From the NCBI GenBank assembly GCA_049325335.1, contig JBMOMC010000043.1:181852-245851 (forward strand): a stretch of 64,000 bases of DNA, read 5' to 3'. The position numbers and the translations under genes were made by a program. The notes under the pieces were generated by a model that had not been told where the DNA came from, did not search any database, and saw only the letters and a program-made list of their open reading frames with translations. Numbering within the stretch: position 1 is the first letter of the stretch; every line of letters starts with the position of its first letter. Positions 50,087 through 60,162 of this stretch are shown here, piece after piece. The stretch is from Nitrospirota bacterium. GTDB lineage: Bacteria; Nitrospirota; Nitrospiria; 2-01-FULL-66-17.

Positions 50087-50116
50087 AACATAGCACTCAG
50101 TATTGCTTGCTGTCAA
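50087..50116 (-). promoter_or_regulatory. Sigma70 promoter of the coiled-coil/wHTH gene
   Basis: Minus strand TTGACA-18 nt-TATGTT with TGn extension. Confidence 0.6.
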
Positions 50117-50198
50117 GAAAAAATATTGTGGGATGTAAGTGACCAAATGTCTTGTGCTATAACCTCATACAAATGATTCCGTGACGCGTCGAGGGAAT

Positions 50199-52538
50199 AT
50201 GAAAAGCGGCTTTTGGCTCTCTCTTTCGGTGACCACGTCTCCTTCAGGCAGAAAAATTCGCTGGTTACTCGCGGCATACCTGTCAGGGGTGGTTTTCGTG
50301 GCATGCCAACCCTCGGGCGGAATCTCAGGCGGCGTGGCGACCCCAACGATTGGGGCGCTCCCAGCCAGCACGCATCAGAATCGGATCACGCTCACTGGGG
50401 GAAAGTCCTCGGGGACCGCGATTTTTATCGATGGCATCGCCAGGGTGGTTGTTGACGATCGGACAGTATGGACCGCAGCGGTTGATCTTCAGGAAGGCCT
50501 GAATACCTTTGAAGTCATTGCAATGGATGATTTGGGTAACCTCAGCGGACCGCTTATCGTGGAAATCAGCCGCGATACCGTGCCGCCGGCTGCTCCGACA
50601 TTGTCCGCGCCGACGTCGAGTCCGACCAACCCAGCGACCCTCTCTGGGACCAAAGAGCCTGGGACGTTTGTCCGACTCAATGGCCGACGGATCACGGAGT
50701 TGTCGGATGCCACGACATGGGAGTACCGGGCAACGCTCGCCATCGTTGGCGACAATACAGTCAGCGTCACCGCGGTGGACGAGGCCGGGAATGAAAGCGT
50801 TTCAGCGGACGCGGTGGTTACGCTCACCGCAGCGAGTTGCGACCGCCCCCCGCAACCGGTGTTCCCGCTCGACGGTCGCGCCATTCAGTGGGGCGTGGCC
50901 TTTTCCTGGTCGCAAGTATCGGCCAGCACCTACGACTTGGAGGTGTCGGCCTCTCCCGGATTCGAGAGCCTCCTATTGGATGAGCCCGTCGGCGCGGGGC
51001 AAACCGAATTCGCACCGATCGGGCTGGCTCCTTCTCGGGGCGAGTACTACTGGCGCGTGGGCGCGGTGAATGCGTGCGGCACCTCGTACGGTCCCACCCG
51101 CAAGGTGGTCATCGGGTCCACCACCGGCGACGTGAACGGCGATGGATACGCCGACGTGTTGGCGGGCGCGTACACCGACAGCCGTGCAGGCGGCGGTGCG
51201 GGCGCGGCGTACCTGTATCACGGCGGCGCGGGCGCAGACGCAGACGTCGTCGCCGATGTTGTCCTGACGGGCCGCGGGCCTGGCGACACGTTCGGGACGT
51301 CGGTTGCCAAGGTCGGGGACATTGACCAAGACGGGTACGTGGATTTCCTGGTCGGCGCGCCCCGCGTTGACCGCGATTCACAGGACGATGACACCGGGGT
51401 CGCGTATCTCTACTGGGGCGGCCCCGCAATGACCACGACCGCGAGCGTTGTTTTTCATGGCGAGACTGATCAATCCCTTTTCGGGATGTCTGCGTCTGGC
51501 GTCGGCGACGTCAACGGTGATGGATTCCCGGATCTTGCGGTCGGGGCGTACCAAACGTTGGTGGTGGCGGAGTGCAACGGCATCGAACAAGAGTTGCCGC
51601 TCGTCGGGAGGGTCTACGTGTACTTCGGTGGACCCCGCGACGAGATGGATACGCTTGCCGATGTGGTCTTAACCGGAGAGACCACCGAAATCCCCAATGA
51701 CCGGTCGAGCGCATGCCGGTCCGGAGACGAATTCGGCCTGAGCGTGGCCGGCGTGGGGGACATCAACGGCGACGGGTATGACGACATCGCGGTCGGCGCG
51801 CGTGGACACGATGACGGCGTTGATGCGGACGCGGGCCGGGCGTACGTGTTCTTCGGTGGGCCGTGGTTCGTCGGTGTGGGGGCTGAACGCGCGAATGTGG
51901 TGCTGACTGGGGATGCCGCCGACGATCAGTTCGGCGCAGCAGTCGCCGGCCCCGGAGACACCAATGGCGATGGATTCGCCGACCTGCTCGTTGGGGCGCA
52001 CCAGAGTGATGCGGGAGGGACGGATTCCGGATCGGCGTCATGGTACGGGGGCGGACCGGACGGGGTCACCATGATCCAACAGTTCTCCGGCGCGGTGGCC
52101 GGGGACAGTTTCGGGGCCTCGATGGCCCCGGCCGGAGATATCGACCGCGACGGCTTTGCCGACATGGTCATCGGCGCGTACCTCGTCGGCGCCTCGCCCA
52201 ATGACAGCGGTGCGGTGTCGTATTACCGAGGTAATGCGTTGGGTACGGTCCTTCTTGCCGGGAAGATTACCGGGGAGATTACTCCCAATCCTGATGATCA
52301 GTTCGGACGCGCCGTGGCCGGAATCGGCGACATTGACGGCGACGGGTTCGACGATACCGTGGTCGGGGCCACCGGCCATGATGAGTGTTTTTTGCTCGCT
52401 GATTTTTGTTTTGACGCGGGACGCGCGTATGTGATTGTCGGGCCCAGCGTAACGAATCGGGGAGCCAACGGGGATCCGAGGGACTGGCTCCTTTCCGGTC
52501 TCAGACCCGGAGACCGCTTGGGCTCGTGGGTCAACTGA
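50199..52538 (+). CDS. Probable lipoprotein with Ig-like domains and a 7-repeat FG-GAP (integrin alpha-like) beta-propeller
   Basis: Lipobox-like FVAC; LQEGLNTFEV.A.D..GN Ig-like repeats; seven GD.(N/D).DG..D..VGA repeats. Confidence 0.85.
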   Translation: MKSGFWLSLSVTTSPSGRKIRWLLAAYLSGVVFVACQPSGGISGGVATPTIGALPASTHQNRITLTGGKSSGTAIFIDGIARVVVDDRTVWTAAVDLQEGLNTFEVIAMDDLGNLSGPLIVEISRDTVPPAAPTLSAPTSSPTNPATLSGTKEPGTFVRLNGRRITELSDATTWEYRATLAIVGDNTVSVTAVDEAGNESVSADAVVTLTAASCDRPPQPVFPLDGRAIQWGVAFSWSQVSASTYDLEVSASPGFESLLLDEPVGAGQTEFAPIGLAPSRGEYYWRVGAVNACGTSYGPTRKVVIGSTTGDVNGDGYADVLAGAYTDSRAGGGAGAAYLYHGGAGADADVVADVVLTGRGPGDTFGTSVAKVGDIDQDGYVDFLVGAPRVDRDSQDDDTGVAYLYWGGPAMTTTASVVFHGETDQSLFGMSASGVGDVNGDGFPDLAVGAYQTLVVAECNGIEQELPLVGRVYVYFGGPRDEMDTLADVVLTGETTEIPNDRSSACRSGDEFGLSVAGVGDINGDGYDDIAVGARGHDDGVDADAGRAYVFFGGPWFVGVGAERANVVLTGDAADDQFGAAVAGPGDTNGDGFADLLVGAHQSDAGGTDSGSASWYGGGPDGVTMIQQFSGAVAGDSFGASMAPAGDIDRDGFADMVIGAYLVGASPNDSGAVSYYRGNALGTVLLAGKITGEITPNPDDQFGRAVAGIGDIDGDGFDDTVVGATGHDECFLLADFCFDAGRAYVIVGPSVTNRGANGDPRDWLLSGLRPGDRLGSWVN

Positions 52539-52541
52539 CGA

Positions 52542-54122
52542 TTACGAGGGGGGTGTCGCGCGCGCGCGACGGCGCTTGACCAGGTCCCACACCGCGCGGG
52601 CTTCCTCGGTTCTCCACAGGGCGTGCAGCGCGCCATAGGCCGCGGCGGAGCCGGCGATTGCCGCGCTGAGCAACGCCATTTTCATGGTCCACGCTCCGGC
52701 AGTGTCCCAGATGGCCAGTCCACTCATGCCCCAACCGATCAACCCCGCGGGCGCGCTGGCGAGCACCGCGAGCGCAGCGGATCGCGCCAACGCACGTCCG
52801 CCGAACGGCCCCAACCCACGACGCAACACCACGAGCAGCACGACGAAGTTTACGCACGAGGCGACGGCGGTGGCGAGCGCGAGTCCGCCGTGGCCAAAGG
52901 GCCCCATCAACACCAGGCTCAGTCCGATATTTACCATGACCGACGCCGCGGCCACGATGACCGGAGTCTTGGTGTCCTGTCTCGCGTAGAACACCGGCGC
53001 CACGACCCGCACTCCGGCGAAGGCCCAGAGTCCCACGGTGTACCCTAATACAGCCGATGCCGTGCCCACGGTGTCCGCGGCTTCGAACTTCCCGTGTTGA
53101 AAGAGGACGTGGATGATGGGCGTTCGCAGCGCGATCAAGCCGATCATGGCTGGAATCGTGATGAACATGATCAGGCGCAGCCCGAACGCCATGGTCTCGC
53201 GCAGCCCGGTCGCGTCCTGTTTGGCGGCGTGCGTGGACAGCGTGGGCAGCAGCGCGGTGGACAACGCGACGCCGAACACCCCGAGCGGAAATTGCACCAG
53301 CCGCATTGCGTAATACAGATACGTGACGCTGCCTTGGGCCAGGTACGACGCCAACAGCGTATTGATGAAAATATTGACCTGGGACACGGAGAGTCCGACC
53401 AGGGTGGGGATCAACAGCAACCCCATGCGCCGAAGCCCCGGATGCGACGGCTGCCACAGCCATCCCAAGGCCAGGTCCGTTCGCCGTAAACTTGGTAACT
53501 GCACTAGGAGTTGCGCCAATCCTCCGATGAACACGCCGCACGCCACCGCGAGTACCGGCTCGTCGAGGAACGGGGCCAGCAGAAGCACGGCGGCGATGAT
53601 CGCGAGGTTGAACAGGGCCGGGGACAAGGCGGGCGCGGCGAACGCGCGCACCGAATTGAGCATGCCCATGGCCAATGCCGCGAGGCTGATCCAGAGCAGA
53701 TACGGGAACATGATGCGCGTTAAATCCGTGGTCAGTGCGGCCTTGCCCGGATCATCGCCGAATCCCGGGGCAATGACCGCGACCAGCCACGGGGCGAGCG
53801 CGATGCCGAGCACGGTCATGGTGGTCACGATCACCAGGATCAGGCTGAACGCGGCGCGGGCCAACCGGCGGGCCTCCTCGCGCGACTCCGTGGTCAAGGT
53901 CTGCGTGAAGACCGGGACAAAGGCCGCGGACATGGATCCTTCCGCAAAGAGTTCCCGCAGCAGGCTGGGAATCCGATACGCGACGTAGAACGCGTCCGCC
54001 ACGTGACTGGCGCCGAACGCCCGGGCCACCACCATGTCGCGCACGAATCCCAGAACGCGGCTGAGCATGGTCGCCCCCCCGATCACCCCGGCGGATTTGA
54101 GGAGTTGGCGGGCCTCGTTCAT
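52542..54122 (-). CDS. murJ: Lipid II flippase MurJ
   Basis: SRVLGFVRD, ADAF.VAYRIP..LRELFAEG, RL.QFPLG, FYARQDTKTP. Confidence 0.95.
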   Translation of the reverse strand: MNEARQLLKSAGVIGGATMLSRVLGFVRDMVVARAFGASHVADAFYVAYRIPSLLRELFAEGSMSAAFVPVFTQTLTTESREEARRLARAAFSLILVIVTTMTVLGIALAPWLVAVIAPGFGDDPGKAALTTDLTRIMFPYLLWISLAALAMGMLNSVRAFAAPALSPALFNLAIIAAVLLLAPFLDEPVLAVACGVFIGGLAQLLVQLPSLRRTDLALGWLWQPSHPGLRRMGLLLIPTLVGLSVSQVNIFINTLLASYLAQGSVTYLYYAMRLVQFPLGVFGVALSTALLPTLSTHAAKQDATGLRETMAFGLRLIMFITIPAMIGLIALRTPIIHVLFQHGKFEAADTVGTASAVLGYTVGLWAFAGVRVVAPVFYARQDTKTPVIVAAASVMVNIGLSLVLMGPFGHGGLALATAVASCVNFVVLLVVLRRGLGPFGGRALARSAALAVLASAPAGLIGWGMSGLAIWDTAGAWTMKMALLSAAIAGSAAAYGALHALWRTEEARAVWDLVKRRRARATPPS

Positions 54123-54292
54123 GGGGTGGCGGGCGTCGGGTGCCGGCGCGAATCCCACGCGGCGGCGCCTACCCCAGTGGTCTTGATCTTGACTTCGCCC
54201 ACGTCAGCGTGCTACAGATCTCTGCTTCAATACGCGGCTTGAGCGAGTGGGCCCGTCAGCGCAGCGACCGGACAGGATGGAGGAGCAGGGGT

Positions 54293-54562
54293 ATGGGAGT
54301 TCACGCATCGGCGATCAAAAAGGACCGGCAGGCGTTACGCCGCCGGCAACATAACCGCACCATGATGGCCGCGATCAAGACCGCGGTGAAAAAAGTCCGC
54401 GCCGCGGTCAAGACCAAGGACCAGGCCGGCGCCAAGCAAGCGTTGACCGAAGCGGTTCCCACGCTGGCGAAAGCCGCGTCCAAGAAGCTCATCCACCGCA
54501 ACCGCGCGTCACGGTTGATTTCGCGACTGACCCGCCACACCAACCGCGTCGCCGCGGGCTGA
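54293..54562 (+). CDS. rpsT: 30S ribosomal protein S20
   Basis: SAIKK.RQ..RRR.HNR, KTAVKK, KAASK..IHRNRASR..SRL. Confidence 0.93.
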   Translation: MGVHASAIKKDRQALRRRQHNRTMMAAIKTAVKKVRAAVKTKDQAGAKQALTEAVPTLAKAASKKLIHRNRASRLISRLTRHTNRVAAG

Positions 54563-55594
54563 CAACCCGGGCCACCAGGGCCCGGTCAGGCTCCGTCCGG
54601 TCGGAGCCGGTTCCCCTTCGCATAAAGCCGACACCAACCGCTCCATGGCAAGCGTGGGCTGCAGCGCGCCGCCTTTGATCGCGGCGTCCGTCTCCAGACA
54701 CCACGTTAATCCCGCGATGAGCCGCGTTGATGAGCGGCGCTTCGCGGCATCCGCGACGCGGGTCGCCGCGAACGGCGGCAGCCCCAACGCGCCGGCCGCG
54801 GCCGACGCCGCGGTCCCGCTCTCGATCAACGCGCGATACCGCAGCATCTTGCGCCATTGACCCGCCAGGATCGACAACATCAACAACGGGGCTTCGTCGT
54901 GAAGCAGCCGCCTGGTGGCCCCGATCGCGTCGCCGGGGTTTCCCATGGCCACGGCGTGCGCCCAATCGAACACCGAAACCGCGGCTTCTCCGGGGGAGAG
55001 CACCGACAGCTCGTCGGTTGTCAGAGGGCCGGTCGCGCCGCGGTGGCTTACCGTCAGAGTTTCAAGATCCTGAGACAGGGCGCGCATGCTGCCGTCGGCT
55101 CGCGCTAACAGGTATGCCAAGGCCTCGTCGTTCAGACGAAATCCCCGGGCGGAGGCCTCGCGTTGCAGCCATGTCCTGAGCGCGGCGGGTTTGAGCGGAT
55201 CACACGCCACGGTGACGGCGCGTTTGGCCAGCGCGCCCGCCCATGATTTACGCCGGTCGAGTTTGGCCGTGATGAAGACCAGGCAGGTGGTGGTCGCGGG
55301 ATCATCGCAGTAGGCGGTCAATAAGTCGGACGACGCGAGCCGTTCCGCGTCGCGCAGCACGATGAACCGACGCGTTGCGAACGCCGGGAGCGTCTGGGCG
55401 ACAGCCACCAGATCCTCCGCCGCGGTCTCCACGCCCGAAAACACGTGCGAGTTCATCAGGTCATCCGGCGGCGCTGCATAGCGACGCAACGCGGCCAACG
55501 CCTCGTCCGCGAGCCACGACTCCTCGCCCACGATCAGGTACAGTGGGTCGATACGTCCGGCGGCGAGCTGTTTGACGAGTTCGTGCGGAGTCAC
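54509..55594 (-). CDS. holA: DNA polymerase III delta subunit
   Basis: PLYLIVGEE, TLPAFATRRF, VFDW, D.AIKGG; leuS-lptE-holA synteny. Confidence 0.85.
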   Translation of the reverse strand: MTPHELVKQLAAGRIDPLYLIVGEESWLADEALAALRRYAAPPDDLMNSHVFSGVETAAEDLVAVAQTLPAFATRRFIVLRDAERLASSDLLTAYCDDPATTTCLVFITAKLDRRKSWAGALAKRAVTVACDPLKPAALRTWLQREASARGFRLNDEALAYLLARADGSMRALSQDLETLTVSHRGATGPLTTDELSVLSPGEAAVSVFDWAHAVAMGNPGDAIGATRRLLHDEAPLLMLSILAGQWRKMLRYRALIESGTAASAAAGALGLPPFAATRVADAAKRRSSTRLIAGLTWCLETDAAIKGGALQPTLAMERLVSALCEGEPAPTGRSLTGPWWPGLSARGDAVGVAGQSRNQP

Positions 55595-56169
55595 GGCTTG
55601 GCGGGTGCGGTGTCCATCGGGCGCGGCGCCCGGTCGCGAGCCCGCAGATGCGCGGACACCCGCGCGGCCCATTCTTGGGCCACGTTGTCCGCCGCTTCCT
55701 CGATCGCGCGATTTTTGGCCGCGCGGGTTTGCAGGCTGTCCGCCGACTCCCGGTATTCCGCGGTGCCGGTGAGCGAGTCCTGAAAGGGTTCACCCTCGCG
55801 CGGGGCGGCCGTAACCTCCGCGGTGATCGCCACGCGTTGTTCCAGCGGGCGGTTGGCGGCGTCGAACGAAACCGCGGTGACGCCGACCCCGGTCACCGTG
55901 CCTCGGATCACCAGGTCGGCGGACTCGGGCGCGGACACGAGTCTCCATCCGGCGGTGTTCTCCACGCGTAATCGCACGCGCTCGGTCACACGCGCGTCCA
56001 CAAAGGGTTCGAACGTCCGGTTTTCAAAGAGCGGAACCGCCACCGGAGTGGGCCCGGTTCCGTCCCGAGACGAAACCAGTCCGTAGCCGCACCCCATTAC
56101 GAGGGCCGACGCCGCGAGCGCCGCGGCCGCGCGGCTAGCACGATACGGGAAAACCCGCAGGTTGCTCAA
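55591..56169 (-). CDS. lptE: LPS assembly lipoprotein LptE (start uncertain)
   Basis: Lipobox ...VMG-CGY, VP.FENRT.EP, ADLVIRG; lies between leuS and holA. Confidence 0.75.
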   Translation of the reverse strand: MSNLRVFPYRASRAAAALAASALVMGCGYGLVSSRDGTGPTPVAVPLFENRTFEPFVDARVTERVRLRVENTAGWRLVSAPESADLVIRGTVTGVGVTAVSFDAANRPLEQRVAITAEVTAAPREGEPFQDSLTGTAEYRESADSLQTRAAKNRAIEEAADNVAQEWAARVSAHLRARDRAPRPMDTAPAKP

Positions 56170-56329
56170 AAAGCGCCAGCCGCAAGGCCGCAGCGAGAAG
56201 GAACCCGGAGCGTACTGGGTCGTACGTGAGGCGTTCCGACGAGCGAGAATCCGCACCGCTCCGAAGGAGCGGATCAATTCGAGTTTCCTTACGGATGGCA
56301 AAGCAACGCCGCCTTTTTCAGCAACCTGC
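56157..56329. mobile_element. 173-bp MITE-like element with terminal inverted repeats
   Basis: GCAGGTTGCTCAAAAAG ... CTTTTTCAGCAACCTGC (16/17 inverted match); internal CGTAC...GTACG and CCGCTCC-GAA-GGAGCGG hairpins. Confidence 0.8.
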
Positions 56330-58809
56330 TACGGAACAACAAGGTTCACCAGGCGGCCGGGGACGTAGACCACCTTCTTCGGCGTTCGACCGCCGATCCA
56401 CCCCTGAATTTTGGGGTCAGCCAGCGCGGCCGCCACCACCTCGTCTTGCGACGCGCCGGCCGCCACCACCAGCGTAGCGCGCAACTTGCCGTTGATCTGG
56501 ACCGGCACCGTGACATGCGAGTCAGTCATCCAGACGGGGTCCGCGACGGGCCAGGGCTGCTGCGCCACCGACGGCGCGTGCCCCAACTCGCCCCACAGTT
56601 CCTCGGCCAGGTGGGGCGCGAACGGCGCGAGCAACAGCGCGAGGGTATTGAGCGCATCCCGCATGGCGGGGCCGAGCCCGGGAGCCTCCGTTGGTTTGAA
56701 CTCCGACAACGCGTTGACGTACTCCATGAGTCCGGCGACCGCGGTGTTGAAATGGTACCCGTCCTCGATGTCGTTGGTGACCCGTTGGATCGTGCGATGC
56801 ATGGCGCGTCGGACTTGAGCGACCGCATCGTCGCTCGCGGGAGCGGCCGCGGAATGGCCCGCGCCGACCTCGACCCACGACGCGACCAACCGCCACACGC
56901 GCCCCAGGAATCGGTGCACGCCCTCCACGCCCTCGTCGCTCCATTCCAGGTCCTTTTCCGGCGGCGCCGCGAACAGGATAAAGAGCCGGGCCGTGTCCGC
57001 GCCGTAGGTGGAGACGAGCTGGTCGGGGTCCACCACGTTGCCCTTGGACTTGGACATCTTGGCCCCGCCCTTGATCACCATGCCTTGGGTGAGCAGGCCG
57101 GTAAAGGGTTCATCGGCTCGGATCAATCCCAGATCGCGGATCACCTTGGTAAAAAACCGGGCGTAGAGCAGGTGGAGCACGGCATGCTCGATCCCGCCCA
57201 CGTATTGGTCCACCGGCATCCATCGCGCCGCCGCGTCCACGTCGATCGCCAACGGGCCGCGCGGGGGCGGGACCGTGAAGCGCAGGAAGTACCAGGACGA
57301 GTCCACGAACGTATCCATGGTGTCGGTCTCCCGACGCGCGGGACCTCGGCACGTCGGGCACGCGGTCTCCACGAACGCGCGAGACTCAGCGAGCGGCGAG
57401 CCGCCCCGTCCGGTCAAGGGGACGTCATGCGGCAACGCGACCGGCAATTGATCTTCGGGCACTGGCACCGCCCCGCAGCGATCGCAATACACGATGGGGA
57501 TCGGCGTGCCCCAATATCGTTGTCGCGACACGCCCCAATCGCGCAGGCGATAGTTGATCACGCGTGTGCCGAGTTTGCGGTGTTCGACCGCGACCGCGAT
57601 GCGTTGCTGCGCCTCGATCGGGGTCAGCCCGCAGAACTCGCCGGATTCGACCAGACGTCCGATTTCCGCGACGTAGGCTGCGGACAGGTCCGACGCGCTC
57701 AACGTGCCTTCGGGGTTTTGGATCACCACGCGGATCGGCAACTCGTGTTGCCGCGCGAATTCAAAATCGCGCTGATCGTGCGCGGGCACGGCCATGACCG
57801 CCCCGCTGCCGTACCCCATCAAGACGAAGTTGCCGACCCAGATGGGCACGCGGTCGCCGCTCAACGGGTTCACGGCGTACGCGCCCGTGAACACGCCGTC
57901 CTTCGCGGCGGTGTCTGCGGTGCGCACGCGCGGGTCTTGCGCGCGCACGCGTTCCACGAACGCGCGAACCGCCGCGGCCTCGGGTTTGCCCGCGATCAAG
58001 GACTCGACCAAGGGGTGTTCGGGGGCCAGGGTCATGAACGTGACGCCGAAGACGGTGTCGGGGCGCGTGGTAAATATCCGCACCGTCCGGCCGCCGCCCT
58101 CCACCGGAAACTCGATCTCCACGCCCTCGCTGCGGCCGATCCAGTTGCGCTGCATGGTGAGGACGCGCTCCGGCCAGCCGGTGAGACGATCGCACCCCGC
58201 GAGCAATTGCTCCGCGTAGGCCGTGATCTTGAAGAACCACTGCGAGAGTTCGCGCGAGGTGACCGGCGTGTCGCAGCGCCAGCACCCGCCGTCCACCACC
58301 TGTTCGTTGGCCAGCACGGTTTGGCACTCGGGGCACCAGTTCACGGCCGAGAGCTTTTTGTACGCGAGCCCGCGCTCGAACATCTTGACGAAGAACCACT
58401 GGTTCCAGCGGTAGTACTCCGGGTCGCAGGTGGTGACTTCGCGCGACCAGTCGTAGGATACGCCCAGGCGTTTGAGCTGGGTCCGCATGTGCGCGATGTT
58501 GTCGTACGTCCAGGTGGCGGGGTGCACGCCGTGTTTGATTGCGGCGTTTTCCGCGGGCATCCCGAACGCGTCCCACCCGATCGGGTGCAACACGGCGTGT
58601 CCCCGCATCCGCTGATACCGCGCGATGACGTCGCCGATGGTATACACGCGCACGTGGCCCATGTGGATGCGGCCCGAGGGGTAGGGGAACATCGCCAGGC
58701 AGTAGAACTTCTGCCGCGCGTCGGGATCGGGCGTGGCAAAGAGACGGGACGCGTCCCACGCGGTTTGCCAGCGCGCTTCAATGGCCTTGGGATCGTATTT
58801 GGGATTCAT
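56329..58809 (-). CDS. leuS: Leucine-tRNA ligase
   Basis: MFPYPSG..HMGH, GWDAFG.PAENAA, QRYWG.PIP, GGIEHA..HLLY, KMSKS. Confidence 0.97.
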   Translation of the reverse strand: MNPKYDPKAIEARWQTAWDASRLFATPDPDARQKFYCLAMFPYPSGRIHMGHVRVYTIGDVIARYQRMRGHAVLHPIGWDAFGMPAENAAIKHGVHPATWTYDNIAHMRTQLKRLGVSYDWSREVTTCDPEYYRWNQWFFVKMFERGLAYKKLSAVNWCPECQTVLANEQVVDGGCWRCDTPVTSRELSQWFFKITAYAEQLLAGCDRLTGWPERVLTMQRNWIGRSEGVEIEFPVEGGGRTVRIFTTRPDTVFGVTFMTLAPEHPLVESLIAGKPEAAAVRAFVERVRAQDPRVRTADTAAKDGVFTGAYAVNPLSGDRVPIWVGNFVLMGYGSGAVMAVPAHDQRDFEFARQHELPIRVVIQNPEGTLSASDLSAAYVAEIGRLVESGEFCGLTPIEAQQRIAVAVEHRKLGTRVINYRLRDWGVSRQRYWGTPIPIVYCDRCGAVPVPEDQLPVALPHDVPLTGRGGSPLAESRAFVETACPTCRGPARRETDTMDTFVDSSWYFLRFTVPPPRGPLAIDVDAAARWMPVDQYVGGIEHAVLHLLYARFFTKVIRDLGLIRADEPFTGLLTQGMVIKGGAKMSKSKGNVVDPDQLVSTYGADTARLFILFAAPPEKDLEWSDEGVEGVHRFLGRVWRLVASWVEVGAGHSAAAPASDDAVAQVRRAMHRTIQRVTNDIEDGYHFNTAVAGLMEYVNALSEFKPTEAPGLGPAMRDALNTLALLLAPFAPHLAEELWGELGHAPSVAQQPWPVADPVWMTDSHVTVPVQINGKLRATLVVAAGASQDEVVAAALADPKIQGWIGGRTPKKVVYVPGRLVNLVVP

Positions 58810-58928
58810 CGCGACGACGCTCGAATGGCCTGTTTCATAACACAGTCGCGCGCGACGCGGCAAGCGCCGTGTTGCGGAGGCGGGGAGGGTTGGAGTAGAG
58901 TACCCATCCCAACGGGATGAGGACGGGT

Positions 58929-59264
58929 ATGGCCGTGTCGTATACGCCGGTGGAGATCGCCAAAGAAGGCGACGACGTGATTCGGATCACGTGGGACGAC
59001 GGACACCAGGGCCGATACACCACGCGATATTTGCGGGCGAGTTGTCAGTGCGCCGCGTGCGTGGACGAGTGGACCGGCCAGCGGCGCGTGACCATCGAGT
59101 CGGTTCCCGAGGGGATTCGCGCGCTCAAAATCGCGCCGGTGGGCCAGTACGGCATCCACATTGATTGGAGCGACGGACACGGGACCGGCATTTATGCGTT
59201 TGACGTGCTGCGAAAACTCTGTCCGTGCGCGGGGTGTCTGGCGACCCCCATGTCCGCGTTGTAG
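58929..59264 (+). CDS. DUF971/GBBH N-terminal-like metal-binding protein
   Basis: I.WDDGH...Y...[24 protein letters not shown]; extra CPCAGC. Confidence 0.85.
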   Translation: MAVSYTPVEIAKEGDDVIRITWDDGHQGRYTTRYLRASCQCAACVDEWTGQRRVTIESVPEGIRALKIAPVGQYGIHIDWSDGHGTGIYAFDVLRKLCPCAGCLATPMSAL

Positions 59265-59287
59265 TCGTCGGGTCGGAGTCTGGCGTG

Positions 59288-59536
59288 ATGGATGAATGGG
59301 AAGACGGCAAGAAACGATTGATCGACTTGGTGCGGGACGCTGCGTCGGACGTGACGGTGGTCATTCCCACCAAACCCACGGGCGGGATGTTTTTGATCGC
59401 GCTCGCCAAGGGCAGGGCCAAAAAATTCGTGTCCGTGTCCGAAGACGACCTGATCGACCTCGTGGACGACCACGCGGTGGAGACCGAGGTGATGGGCAAG
59501 GTCCGCGGCACGTTGCGTGAGTTGGCGGGAGGCTGA
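59288..59536 (+). CDS. Hypothetical protein
   Basis: Operonic spacing and typical codon usage. Confidence 0.6.
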   Translation: MDEWEDGKKRLIDLVRDAASDVTVVIPTKPTGGMFLIALAKGRAKKFVSVSEDDLIDLVDDHAVETEVMGKVRGTLRELAGG

Positions 59537-59538
59537 CC

Positions 59539-60162
59539 ATGCGCGAAATCGTGCCCGGGGTATACGAGTGGTCGTGGTTTTCCGACGAGAAACGGATCAC
59601 CTTCAACGGCCACCTCGTGATCGAAGGGCGCGACCGCGTGCTGATCGATCCGCCGCCCATGAGCGAGGCGGACCGCGCCGCCATCGACGAGGGAGGCGCG
59701 GTGACGGCCATCGTGCTGACCAACCGAGACCACGTGCGTGAGACCGCCCTCTGCCAACGGTGGTGCGGCGCGCCGGTGTGGGTTCCCGCGGCCGACGGGG
59801 CGGGGATGGACGTGCGATTCGAGCACACCTATGACGACGCGAACCGCGTGCCCGGAGGGCTCGTGGCGATCCGCGTGCCGGGCGCCAAATCGCCGGGCGA
59901 GTCCGCCTTGTGGTCGTCCGGCCACCGCGCGTTGATCGTGGGGGATGCGGTGATCGGCGCGCCGCCCGGCGCGTTGGGCATGCTCCCTGATGAGAAGTTC
60001 GCGGACCCGGCCAAGGCGCGAGCCGGCGTGCGCGTCTTGCTCGATGCGCGTTACGACTACGACGCGGTGTTGGTGGGAGACGGCGCCTCGATACCGACCG
60101 GCGGCCGCACAGCCTTGGAACAGCTCGTCGCCGCGGTCGTGGACCATAAAGGAGACCGGTGA
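59539..60162 (+). CDS. Metallo-beta-lactamase-fold protein with a degenerate metal motif
   Basis: VLIDPP, IVLTNRDH, SPGE, LIVGDA, VLVGDG. Confidence 0.7.
   Translation: MREIVPGVYEWSWFSDEKRITFNGHLVIEGRDRVLIDPPPMSEADRAAIDEGGAVTAIVLTNRDHVRETALCQRWCGAPVWVPAADGAGMDVRFEHTYDDANRVPGGLVAIRVPGAKSPGESALWSSGHRALIVGDAVIGAPPGALGMLPDEKFADPAKARAGVRVLLDARYDYDAVLVGDGASIPTGGRTALEQLVAAVVDHKGDR

Noticed and set aside
56446..58920. 824-aa ORF antisense to leuS (similar long antisense ORFs lie opposite mrdA, rodA, pepA and gpsA)
   Set aside because: Shadow ORFs are expected opposite high-GC coding genes. These have no motifs and a biased composition.
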